DNA from: Alloascoidea hylecoeti | Taxonomy: Eukaryota | Length of the DNA: 64,000 bases | Reading direction: 5' to 3' | Assembly: GCA_001600815.1 (NCBI GenBank) | Contig: BCKZ01000001.1 | Location: 354,613 to 418,612, forward strand | In this document: piece after piece, positions 48,894-59,689 of the stretch | How positions within the stretch are numbered: position 1 is the stretch's first letter | How the letters are laid out: the number at the start of each line of letters is the position of its first letter | The notes under the pieces: generated by a model | Seen by the model: the letters and a program-made list of their open reading frames with translations, nothing else | What the model was told of the DNA's origin: nothing | Database searches by the model: none | Translations under genes and position numbers: made by a program

Positions 48894-49814
48894 CTTATTT
48901 CATGCTTACATATCCGATATGCAGTGCAGATCAATCATCAAATGATCTACATATGTTTCAGATTTATATTAAACTACATGCCTTGCATATTAGATATGCA
49001 GGGGTTACGTGGTCATTCATATACTACAGCAAGCCCCTTAATATTATTGCCACCTCCTTATTATTATTTAGCCTATATAGTTACATATATAAGACAGTTA
49101 AATCCATTGGATTTAACTCTCTACTTTTTCTTATTCCTATTTAATATACTATTTACTTTATCTTTTTTACTCTATCAGTTTTACCGATTAATATTGAGTC
49201 AAATCGATAAATGTCAACCATTCTTATATTACTTTAAATTTGTTGTCTTATACGTATATATATATCTGTCAATATCAACTAATATAATTTTTGGATCATG
49301 ATCGTGATACTTATAATTACAATTTTAATCGATATAAGTATCTATGCATTATATTAAATTCTAAAGCGGGAATTTTGAAAGCACTCTAAAACATGTCAAA
49401 CGTCAAACGTCAAACTAACTATGAAACCTCTTTCGTTAAACAGCACTATATGCATACGACAGGCTTCTCTTCGTGATCTTTGATTGTTTTAGGATTGATC
49501 CCCTCTATATTTAGACCAATACTTTGAGGTTTCATAAAACACATGCTTGTTGGATGCTTATTTATGCATTGATATATTGATATATTCCTTATTAGTTCGT
49601 ATTATAATTAATAGTTCAGATGTCAATTGCAAATTATTAACAAAGCCTTGATAGTCTATCGGTAGAGTTGTCAGAGAATTATGAAAAGAGATAAAAATAA
49701 TCATTTTTCAATCAATTAATAACTTTAACTTTTCAATTTTATCATTATCGATATCATTTTATAGTTTTCTTTCTTGTTGGTTAACTTATAGCTTTTTATC
49801 TTATAAAAATTCTA

Positions 49815-51509
49815 ATGGAACTTGAAAGTCTTAATGTTTCTGAGATAGAAAAAGTTTTAGGAAATATTGAAGATCATGAAGTTAAATATTATACAGTGGG
49901 TATTATGAAAACAGTGACCGTGTCCGAAGGAACATTACCGGCCGCGGGTGTTGCATGTCAAACAACTCATATTAATCTCAAGAATCCAAATATAAACTTA
50001 ATATCTAGGGACATTATAACCACTACTACAGCAGCGGCTGTTTCTTCCTCAACATCAAGCACATCTTCCAGTAGCCCACAGCTACTGTACCTATTGTTTC
50101 TTGTTCCAATGATGATAGTTGGGGTTGGATTAATATATATCTTAAGAATGCACCTGAAAAGCACCAAAAGGAATGTAATTAAGAGTGAAGAAGTTATGTC
50201 GTCTCGCAGTCACACAGATGATGAGGAAATATGTGATGGTCCTGGTTATAAATCGATTGTTAATGCCTTGAATGAAAGACTACCTTCCTATAAGCCATCA
50301 TCATTTCCTGGAACTTCGAAAATATTGTCTCGTTCTATGGCGTCTTTAAAAAGGGGACATGGAACAGGCGAAGTTCAAAATAATGATTCTCAATTTACCA
50401 GGTTTCGTCAGTCTCTTTCTTTGAATAGATATTCTGACATATTTCATTCAGTTAATTTTCTACCGTCTATTAAGACCCAATTTAGGTCTCGTTCTACTCC
50501 AAGTAATTCTGATACAATAAGACTACCAACTTATCAACATGTTTTAGCTGACAATAAAGCAGGGAGTATTGCTTCATCTAGATCAGAAAGTCTTATAGTT
50601 GAATTTCCTAAACCAGTTGCTCTTCCAAAACGGTTTTATTCACTCTCACATAAAGACCCAAGAAAGGCATCAAATAAGAGACTACTATCTTCTGCACCTA
50701 TTAAATATAATCCACTTAAGCTTGGGCCAGAACAAAATTATAAAGCAGGTACTATACCTATTGAAAGTACATCCTTGACAGATAATACTAATGTTCCAAA
50801 ACACAATATTAATACTGTCTCTAATAACATCAGGTCTCACTCACGAAGTATTACTCTAACAATAGGACTTGATCTTAGTCAAGAAAATATTACAACAGAT
50901 TCCAACTGTCAGGAAGGAAGTGATCTACAAAATAGAACATCGAAAAATAATGATTATATTACAATTTTAGCTCGAAAAGATAGAGCTTCACCAAAATGGG
51001 TTAGACATGCACCTCCAGCACCCCCTCATACATATACAGTATATCCCATGTCTGCCTCTCTACCTATTCCTTCAGTTTCAGAAGTCAAAGGTCAACATGT
51101 AAATAAAAAACAAGATCGAAATCAAACAAAAATGATTCAAGCAAGTCCTCTGAGAATCGCTCCCAAAAACAAAAACTTAATCAAAAAACCTCATCCATGT
51201 TTAGTTATTTCACCACCTCCATATAGCCAGAATATCAGGAACATACCTTCAATTAACGTTGAAATTGCAAACTCAAATTATAATGTTCGTACTAATGAAG
51301 CAAGTTCCAATGATGAACGAGTTACAAGCAATCTCAGCAACTCAAGCTACTTTTCTATTGGGTATCATTCCCCCAGCGAAAGAATATCTCAATGTTTAAC
51401 ACCACAATCTGCATTAAGTTTTGATAATAATAGGCCTAGTGTATTTTTAGGTAGGCTTTATGAATCATATAATCGGAAATCGGCAAATCCTCCTTCTACT
51501 TATATCTAA
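49815..51509 (+). CDS. Orphan single-pass membrane protein with S/T-rich ectodomain and long disordered cytoplasmic tail
   Basis: 564-aa intact ORF with a T/S tract, then TM LLYLLFLVPMMIVGVGLIYIL followed by basic residues. LPSY, LPTY and PPPY motifs lie in the tail. Confidence 0.7.
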   Translation: MELESLNVSEIEKVLGNIEDHEVKYYTVGIMKTVTVSEGTLPAAGVACQTTHINLKNPNINLISRDIITTTTAAAVSSSTSSTSSSSPQLLYLLFLVPMMIVGVGLIYILRMHLKSTKRNVIKSEEVMSSRSHTDDEEICDGPGYKSIVNALNERLPSYKPSSFPGTSKILSRSMASLKRGHGTGEVQNNDSQFTRFRQSLSLNRYSDIFHSVNFLPSIKTQFRSRSTPSNSDTIRLPTYQHVLADNKAGSIASSRSESLIVEFPKPVALPKRFYSLSHKDPRKASNKRLLSSAPIKYNPLKLGPEQNYKAGTIPIESTSLTDNTNVPKHNINTVSNNIRSHSRSITLTIGLDLSQENITTDSNCQEGSDLQNRTSKNNDYITILARKDRASPKWVRHAPPAPPHTYTVYPMSASLPIPSVSEVKGQHVNKKQDRNQTKMIQASPLRIAPKNKNLIKKPHPCLVISPPPYSQNIRNIPSINVEIANSNYNVRTNEASSNDERVTSNLSNSSYFSIGYHSPSERISQCLTPQSALSFDNNRPSVFLGRLYESYNRKSANPPSTYI

Positions 51510-53276
51510 TTTTTATTGATTAATTTTTCCAACTACTGCTTCAAATTCGCATATTAAAATTTCTAGATCTAATGACATCTATCATTATTTGTGATTTTCT
51601 AATTCTTATATATAAAATTTATTTTATTAATACATTTCGGAAGTTTAAACTAAAGGGTTTAGGTGATTATTTAGTGTTCGTGTTTCTGATTTTTTTACAA
51701 CTTGATTAATATTATACCAAGGATATGCTAATTTCATGGCCAATTCAACAACTACTATAGCTATAGCTATGGTTAAATTCTTAATTATAAGTTTACGCGC
51801 ATCTATAACTTACACAAGATATATAAAGCTCAAATTAATGTAATGAGAAGTTACGACAGACATTAAAATAGTAAATATATTTGCAATAATTATCTTCTAA
51901 ATTTAAAGCGTTTATCGTAATACTTATTGTTCTTTTACATTTTCAATAAAACCAAAATTTCCATCAGCATTCAAATTCTCTTGTAGTCAAGTCCCTCTCT
52001 AATGGTTAGCCTTTTCATGGTAGAGTTTGTACCCTATTAACAAATTGTATAACTACAATGGCAATATCAGTAGAATAAAAGTATTTATGATTGTAACAAA
52101 TGAAACATAATCTGACTGAGGTTTCCCCCATTTCAAATAGATAACTTAATATAAAAATAGATAGACTTTCCTTTAATATAAACTATCTTATTTTCTCATC
52201 TTTATCTATTATCTTAGATGCATAATTAACGTCTTTATGTATATTTGCATACACTCTATTGATCGTTGCTGATTCGTTAGACACAATTGCAAGGTTAACA
52301 ATCCAGTAGCTATAACAATATAACTATTAACTACTAAAATAAAAGAATTTAATTGTAATATAAGTACTAAACACCCGTACTATTTAGACAGTGAAATTTC
52401 CCAAAAAATCACTATAATCGTGATTAGTTAATCAGTATAATTTAAAGCCGCTTGTAATTAGCTCAAACATGGAGAGATTATGACCAAAAAACTTTAGCTG
52501 AACAAACACTATTATCATCATAATTAAAATATTATTCTGTTTAATAACAACTCGCAATTGGTTGTCAATGCAACTTCAAATATTACTCTTGGGTGTTTAT
52601 GGCGGCATTTATATTGTTATGAGAAATAAGAGAGAACAGAAGTCACCAGAAACATATGCACTTTTTTTCATTTTTATATAACTTGTATCTTGGAAATTTA
52701 TCGAAAAAGAGGAAAATCTAAGTATAACTGACCATCAAGTATGAAATTATAATTAAAGAAACCAAACCTCAGAGGCCTCGACTCAATATAAGTATTCTAC
52801 GGCTATCTGAAGTAATGCTGTAGTAAGTTATCAAAAGATTTTACAGTAATTCTCTTAATTGTAAATAATGTTTCATATTTTTTATTATACCGTTAGCATC
52901 ATACACCGGTACCATATACATACAATTAAGGATAGTGTCTTATGAGAGCTTTGTAGGCTTCTGAAAATGTTTAGACTGATATATCTGTTAATTACAGTAT
53001 ATATTTAATGGTTCCGAAAAATAAGAGAAACCCTTAATTATAATGATTTAACTATACAAGTATACCAAGATATGACAATTTACAAGTTATAATGGATTAG
53101 TAGATAATTATTTTTATTAAAGTCGTATACTACTATACATAACATTAATATACATTAAAATTATGAATGTATATATATTCTCAAAGAAAATATCTTTAAG
53201 ATCCTATTCAAATATTGGAGTGGTATTATCTGGTGAATGTTTTTTTGAATTATTAACAGTTAAGGTATCTTTTCTT

Positions 53277-54191
53277 TTATATTTTAGATTTACGCTCTTT
53301 ACGATTTTTAAAATGATAAATAAGTGATGCTGGACTAGTACTGGCATCGCAATATTCGTATGCTTTTTGTTTGTTGGTATCACTAGGGCTCAAAAATGGC
53401 CATGGAGTTGATTCAAATAATCGTTGTAATTCATCAGTTCTAACAATATCAACAATTCTTTTAGTATATTTTAATACTCTTAAAGAATATTGATATCCTT
53501 GCTGATGATACTTCGAGGCTAAACAATTATGGAAAGCTGAAGCTAAACAATAGAAGTTCGATACCAATGAATAATATTGAGCCAACTGAATACCGTTCAC
53601 TGATTTATCAAATTTTCTTCTAACAAAAGTATATGTTTTACCATTAACCTCCACTGTTAACGTTTTATATATTTCGTCATTTGTACTGGTTAGCTGTTGG
53701 AAATACTTATTAATATATTCCAACGTTTCAAAGGCATAATCCTTGTATTTAGTATAATCACGATTAGTTATCAACGTCGATGTCAATACATCATGATAGC
53801 CTTTAAACAATGATGTTGTATTATGACTATGCTTATCTTTTCTAGACATTGAGGACTGATATGGATACATAAATTCAATAAATTCATTGAAATGTTTTTG
53901 GAATTCATCTTGAACGTTTAAAATATCAGAGAAAGTATCTTTACAGTTTTGTGTCGTCTTTATATTCTGTTTCATTCTACTATATTTATATCTATGGGAA
54001 TTTTCAGCACCAATAGCCATTGCTGAAATTGGAACAGGTTCATTATATATTTGTTGAGGAGGCAAATAATGACCATTTTTTCCTTGACTGCAGTTTGAAT
54101 TCGTTTTGGAAGATTTTAAAGATGGAATGAAGTCAAAGATATCTAGAATCATGGTGGTAAGATTCTTTTCTTGAGTTAAAACGGTAGACAT
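53277..54191 (-). CDS. Orphan 304-aa protein, left palindrome copy (Leu157)
   Basis: Intact ORF with ATG context CACCATGT. Weak KilA-N/APSES-like segment VEVNGKTYTFVRRKFDKSVNGIQL and a basic C-terminus. Confidence 0.75.
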   Translation of the reverse strand: MSTVLTQEKNLTTMILDIFDFIPSLKSSKTNSNCSQGKNGHYLPPQQIYNEPVPISAMAIGAENSHRYKYSRMKQNIKTTQNCKDTFSDILNVQDEFQKHFNEFIEFMYPYQSSMSRKDKHSHNTTSLFKGYHDVLTSTLITNRDYTKYKDYAFETLEYINKYFQQLTSTNDEIYKTLTVEVNGKTYTFVRRKFDKSVNGIQLAQYYSLVSNFYCLASAFHNCLASKYHQQGYQYSLRVLKYTKRIVDIVRTDELQRLFESTPWPFLSPSDTNKQKAYEYCDASTSPASLIYHFKNRKERKSKI

Positions 54192-54552
54192 GGTGAAAAT
54201 TTAGTTAGAGACAAATATAATTGTTAAGTGAAACGGATAGAAGTGGAGAAAAAAGAACAGAAACAAAAATTTTCTTCATAAATACCCCCATAGGTGTACT
54301 TTCTCTTACCATATGCATATGTATTATAATTAGGTTTAGAATGTGGCAGCTGCAGCTGCAGTTGCCGCTTTCAGTATCTTTCTTCGAATGTTCCATCGTA
54401 CCTCCAATATCCCTAGATTGATCTGTACCCTATATTAAAGGAAAGTACACCTATGGGGGTATTTATGAAGAAAATTTTTGTTTCTGTTCTTTTTTCTCCA
54501 CTTCTATCCGTCTCACTTAACAATTATATTTGTCTCTAACTAAATTTTCACC

Positions 54553-55467
54553 ATGTCTACCGTTTTAACTCAAGAAAAGAATCTTACCACCATGATTCTA
54601 GATATCTTTGACTTCATTCCATCTTTAAAATCTTCCAAAACGAATTCAAACTGCAGTCAAGGAAAAAATGGTCATTATTTGCCTCCTCAACAAATATATA
54701 ATGAACCTGTTCCAATTTCAGCAATGGCTATTGGTGCTGAAAATTCCCATAGATATAAATATAGTAGAATGAAACAGAATATAAAGACGACACAAAACTG
54801 TAAAGATACTTTCTCTGATATTTTAAACGTTCAAGATGAATTCCAAAAACATTTCAATGAATTTATTGAATTTATGTATCCATATCAGTCCTCAATGTCT
54901 AGAAAAGATAAGCATAGTCATAATACAACATCATTGTTTAAAGGCTATCATGATGTATTGACATCGACGTTGATAACTAATCGTGATTATACTAAATACA
55001 AGGATTATGCCTTTGAAACGTCGGAATATATTAATAAGTATTTCCAACAGCTAACCAGTACAAATGACGAAATATATAAAACGTTAACAGTGGAGGTTAA
55101 TGGTAAAACATATACTTTTGTTAGAAGAAAATTTGATAAATCAGTGAACGGTATTCAGTTGGCTCAATATTATTCATTGGTATCGAACTTCTATTGTTTA
55201 GCTTCAGCTTTCCATAATTGTTTAGCCTCGAAGTATCATCAGCAAGGATATCAATATTCTTTAAGAGTATTAAAATATACTAAAAGAATTGTTGATATTG
55301 TTAGAACTGATGAATTACAACGATTATTTGAATCAACTCCATGGCCATTTTTGAGCCCTAGTGATACCAACAAACAAAAAGCATACGAATATTGCGATGC
55401 CAGTACTAGTCCAGCATCACTTATTTATCATTTTAAAAATCGTAAAGAGCGTAAATCTAAAATATAA
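54553..55467 (+). CDS. Orphan 304-aa protein, right palindrome copy (Ser157)
   Basis: ATGTCTACCGTTTTA reads directly on + at 54553 and ends TAA at 55467, so the '-' label in the supplied track is wrong. Identical to the left copy except TTG/TCG at codon 157 (55021). Confidence 0.75.
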   Translation: MSTVLTQEKNLTTMILDIFDFIPSLKSSKTNSNCSQGKNGHYLPPQQIYNEPVPISAMAIGAENSHRYKYSRMKQNIKTTQNCKDTFSDILNVQDEFQKHFNEFIEFMYPYQSSMSRKDKHSHNTTSLFKGYHDVLTSTLITNRDYTKYKDYAFETSEYINKYFQQLTSTNDEIYKTLTVEVNGKTYTFVRRKFDKSVNGIQLAQYYSLVSNFYCLASAFHNCLASKYHQQGYQYSLRVLKYTKRIVDIVRTDELQRLFESTPWPFLSPSDTNKQKAYEYCDASTSPASLIYHFKNRKERKSKI

Positions 55468-56479
55468 AAGAAAAGATACCTTAACTGTTAATAATTCAAA
55501 AAAACATTCACCAGATAATACCACTCCAATATTTGAATAGGATCTTAAAGATATTTTCTTTGAGAATATATATACATTCATAATTTTAATGTATATTAAT
55601 GTTATGTATAGTAGTATACGACTTTAATAAAAATAATTATCTACTAATCCATTATAACTTGTAAATTGTCATACCTTGGTATACTTGTATATTTAAATCA
55701 TTATAAGGGTTTCTCTTATTTTTCGGAACCATTAAATATATACTGTAATTAACAGATATATCAGTCTAAACATTTTCAACTGTGTAATAGAAGCCTACAA
55801 AACTCTCATAAGACATTATCCTTATGAATAGCACCAAAAACTTAAAATGATTAAATGCATGTGGATATGTTTCAATGAAAATATTTCCCGCTATAAAACT
55901 ACGTAGCTATAGATAATATTTGAAATAAAATTATATGTTGACAGCCAGTTGAGAGATTTTAATTATGATCATACACACATGTGTATATCAATAACTTCCC
56001 TAGTATAAAATCTAATAGGATAGAAATAGTTAAGTTACTTATAGTATTGGGCCTATGTTCCCCATTTATAGTGGGAATCATCCAATATCCATTACAAGAC
56101 GGAAGATGTATTAAAAAGTTGAATGAAAGCATGCAATCCATGAAGAGGCACCGGTTAATCGAGTTTAAAGAACAACACCAATAATAATGGTAGAGGTTTA
56201 GAGATTTCTGTTTCTTCCCAACTTCAAGGTATTTCCAGTTAACTATGGAATTAGTATGGATAGAAATTCTTAATGCATGAAACTTTTGTTTGACTGTTAC
56301 TCTTCTTCGAATGGTACATGCAATTGGCTCAGTTTATTAAGAAAAAATTGGCAGAAAGTGCACTGCAAAATATAGGTGAGGTTAAGGAAGTATAAAGATC
56401 CTCGAGTATATTTAAAAGCGGTACTATACTTATAACTAAAATATATAATATATCATTGCAAACTGTCATAAATAGCCAC

Positions 56480-58015
56480 CTATTTTTTCAAGAAATAGTA
56501 TGTCAAATAGAGAAGAACAAGAACTAATTGCCATTTTCGAAAAAACCAATTCTTAGTAACTCTTCCCTTTCTGCCAAACCAAGCAGTTGGAACTGTTCCA
56601 AGACTAAGTAATTTTAAATTCTTTTCAGTAAAAGGTGGATATCTAAATTTTAACATAAGTTCAGCCCAAAATGGTTGTTTTAAAATAGGATATGCATGAG
56701 AAAATTGATCAAAAGAATAACGTCCATGATATGCTCCATTACCAGATTCTCCTACACCACCAAATGGCAATTGACTGATTCCGACATGAATTATAACATC
56801 GTTCATAAATAGGGCTCCGGTTCTAATATGTGATTCAATTTTCTTAACATCTGGAGATGATGAGTTTGATGTGAATATATAAGTAGCAAGAGGAGTATCG
56901 TGTTTTGAAATAACATTATGAATAGCTTCATCAATATCATCATAAGGAATGATAGGTAAAATGGGACCAAATAATTCCTCTTGCATGGTTGAATCTTCAA
57001 ATGAAGCATTATTGATAATTGTTGGTTTAATATAATTTGATTCAGGATCGGAATCTTTTAAACCGCCGAAGACAATATCACCTTTTGTATTTTCAATGAC
57101 CGTAGAAATTCTCTTAAAAGCAGCAGAATTAATTAAATGTGTATAATCAGATGTTGAAGCTGTTAAATTAGGATACATGCTTTCAGTTACTTTAATGATT
57201 TCATCAACTAATTTGGCTTGTAATGATTTATGAACATAAACGTAATCAACAGCAACACATGTTTGCCCACCATTTGTAAATTTTCCCCATGCTATACGAT
57301 TAGCAACAGTAGTTAAATTCTTGGTATTCTCAACAACAAAAGCTGGCGATTTACCACCTAATTCAAGAAGAGTCGGTGTTAAATGTTTGGCAGCAGCAGC
57401 AGATATGATTCTTGCTACTTTACCACCACCAGTATACATGATTTTATCAAATTTTTGTTCCAATACGGCAGTTGTTTCTTGAACTCCACCTAAAACGTAA
57501 TCAAAGACATTTGGAATATCAATTGCCTCTGACATCAATTTAGAAAATAATTTCGAAAATTCGGGAACTTGTTCAGAAGGTTTAAAAAGAACCGAATTAC
57601 CCGCTGCAATGGCACCAATAATTGGACTAGCAGATAATACCAAAGGATAATTGAAAGGTGATATAATCAAAACAACACCTAATGGTTTCTTGGAAATATA
57701 TGGATTTGTTGCTTTAAATGCTAAATCAATACCTGAAGCAGCTACTGGTTTGGCCCACTTTTTAAGATTCTTAATCACATCAATGATCTCACCTAAACAG
57801 ATATTCACCTCCAAAGCAAGTGTTTCTGACGGGGACCTGAAAAAGTCATGGTATAATGCATCTTGAAATTGTTTGGAGTTATCTTTGATAGCATAATATA
57901 TATTCCTAAGGAGGTGAAGTCGAGTATCAATATCGAGGATGGTTTGGTTCAAATAGGTTCCCCGCAGAGCAGAAACCTTCTCTGGGATATCAGATATTGG
58001 AGTAAAATCAGACAT
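56480..58015 (-). CDS. HFD1: Fatty aldehyde dehydrogenase (ALDH3 family)
   Basis: Motifs PFNYP, KPSE, LELGGKSP, GQTCVA, EELFGP and PFGGVGESG, with a C-terminal membrane anchor. Confidence 0.92.
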   Translation of the reverse strand: MSDFTPISDIPEKVSALRGTYLNQTILDIDTRLHLLRNIYYAIKDNSKQFQDALYHDFFRSPSETLALEVNICLGEIIDVIKNLKKWAKPVAASGIDLAFKATNPYISKKPLGVVLIISPFNYPLVLSASPIIGAIAAGNSVLFKPSEQVPEFSKLFSKLMSEAIDIPNVFDYVLGGVQETTAVLEQKFDKIMYTGGGKVARIISAAAAKHLTPTLLELGGKSPAFVVENTKNLTTVANRIAWGKFTNGGQTCVAVDYVYVHKSLQAKLVDEIIKVTESMYPNLTASTSDYTHLINSAAFKRISTVIENTKGDIVFGGLKDSDPESNYIKPTIINNASFEDSTMQEELFGPILPIIPYDDIDEAIHNVISKHDTPLATYIFTSNSSSPDVKKIESHIRTGALFMNDVIIHVGISQLPFGGVGESGNGAYHGRYSFDQFSHAYPILKQPFWAELMLKFRYPPFTEKNLKLLSLGTVPTAWFGRKGRVTKNWFFRKWQLVLVLLYLTYYFLKK

Positions 58016-58191
58016 ACTTTTTTTATAATAGTGGCTTTTTTACGTGTAAACAGGAGATATAAGTATTTATAAATAAAAATCGTTGGGTTGCTCTTTAAAT
58101 TGACTTAAATTCGAGAAGCTTGTGAAAGAGCTAGTCTACTCTTCTTCATTTAATTTCTCCACATTTGCTAATAAACAAATCGAGAACCTTA

Positions 58192-59457
58192 TCACATGCA
58201 CGATCGGAGCAACAAAGAAGCCAAATAAAGAGACCCACACACCACAGCATTATCCTCGTTCACACAGGAGAAGACGGCAGACAATGGATTGTGATCCACA
58301 GACACATTGGGCGTGAAAGGTTTCATCTGCTCAGCTACTGCCTCGGGTCTTTGGGGTCTAATCCACGGCATCCCGTCAATGTCACCAAATTGGGTAACCG
58401 TTACCCGGTCTTCGGTCGTCAACAGTGGGGGTAGAATGGATCCTAAATCCTTACCCTGTGTAAATGCCATGACATAATGAACGCCTTTTCCGTTGGCTCT
58501 TATGTTCTCATCTACATACTTGCCCAGTTCAATGGCAGCGGATCCATTGTGTGCCCCATCTAGCAAGAATGTGACTTTTTTACCGTCTCTTTCCAAGGTA
58601 AGATGCTGTAGTCTACCTTCCCAGACAACACTCCTGATTCCCTGTAATACTGACTCACGACTCACTTTGCTGAGCGCCGATGGGAAGTACTTGTGAACAG
58701 ACTCTAATGCAGTTAAAGCACAGGATAAATTGCTTGCTTGAAATGATCCTGGTAAAGGTGTGGAATCAAGTGAAATGGAACCGAACCTCGTCTCAAGGAT
58801 ATCTTCTCTCTTTAACGAAGGTGAAGTTATAGTGATAGGTGCTTCCATTTGATTGGCCCGTCTTGTAATTGTATCCAGTACCCCAGCGTTATTCGATCCA
58901 TCGACTACAATCGGTATCTTATACTTAATTATTCCTGCTTTATGGGTTGCAATTTCTGGTAATGTAGATCCTAAAAATCCTTCATGGTCCAATCCAATCT
59001 TTGATATAACGCTACAAATGACACCTCCTTTATCTGTATCCTTAGCACCAGTTAAAATATTAGTACTATCAAGTAGACCACCCAAACCACATTCCACAAT
59101 TGCAATTTCAACATTTTGTTCTTGAAAAACACCAAACGCAATTGCAGTCATTACTTCAAATTCACTTGCTCCAATCTTAAACTCTTTATTAATTCCATTT
59201 ACTTTATCTTCCCATTTCAGGAAAACATCTTCATCAATCGATTTGTTGTTTATTGCTATTGAATCCCACCTATAACGTAGATATGGGGATGTAAAACGAC
59301 CAGTTGGGATTAAAGAAGTTGATAAGATCGAGGATAAATACGAAACGATACTACCTTTACCATTTGTACCCGATACATGTATTGTACGAAAGGTAAGTGG
59401 AAGGTGTAATAACTGAAGAAGCTTGTCAATTCTTGCAAGACCAGGAATAATTGGCAT
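58192..59457 (-). CDS. FOL3: Dihydrofolate synthetase / folylpolyglutamate synthase family
   Basis: Motifs IHVSGTNGKGS, FTSPYL, ECGLGGLLDSTN, HKAGIIK, DGAHN and CGSLYL; syntenic with HFD1. Confidence 0.9.
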   Translation of the reverse strand: MPIIPGLARIDKLLQLLHLPLTFRTIHVSGTNGKGSIVSYLSSILSTSLIPTGRFTSPYLRYRWDSIAINNKSIDEDVFLKWEDKVNGINKEFKIGASEFEVMTAIAFGVFQEQNVEIAIVECGLGGLLDSTNILTGAKDTDKGGVICSVISKIGLDHEGFLGSTLPEIATHKAGIIKYKIPIVVDGSNNAGVLDTITRRANQMEAPITITSPSLKREDILETRFGSISLDSTPLPGSFQASNLSCALTALESVHKYFPSALSKVSRESVLQGIRSVVWEGRLQHLTLERDGKKVTFLLDGAHNGSAAIELGKYVDENIRANGKGVHYVMAFTQGKDLGSILPPLLTTEDRVTVTQFGDIDGMPWIRPQRPEAVAEQMKPFTPNVSVDHNPLSAVFSCVNEDNAVVCGSLYLASLLLRSCM

Positions 59458-59689
59458 TTGATAAAAATTACTAAGTTTTATTAATTGAAAAGTTTTAGGT
59501 TTACACGATGTTGATGATGGGAGGTTAGCTATAAACTCAAATATAGCCTATAATTATAACATAGCTATAAATTATAAGGTCTTAGCTATAGCTGGAAAAT
59601 TTTCTCACTTAACATGATATTTATAGAGATCTATATCTGATACCCTATATGTGTGTTATGATTGTTATTTTTCTGTCAAACGTAAGGGA

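Larger units (their letters stand above)
52927..55824. repeat. Long inverted repeat: arms 52927-54303 and 54441-55824, 137-bp spacer
   Basis: Arms are reverse complements: inner ends TAGGTGTACTTTC / GAAAGTACACCTA, outer ends TAAGGATAGTGTC / GACATTATCCTTA. The length difference of 7 equals an 11-bp insertion minus a 4-bp deletion near the outer ends. Confidence 0.97.

Noticed and set aside
54553..55467. Track annotation of this ORF on the minus strand, implying a tandem direct duplication
   Set aside because: ATG...TAA reads on the plus strand at these coordinates, so the duplication is inverted.
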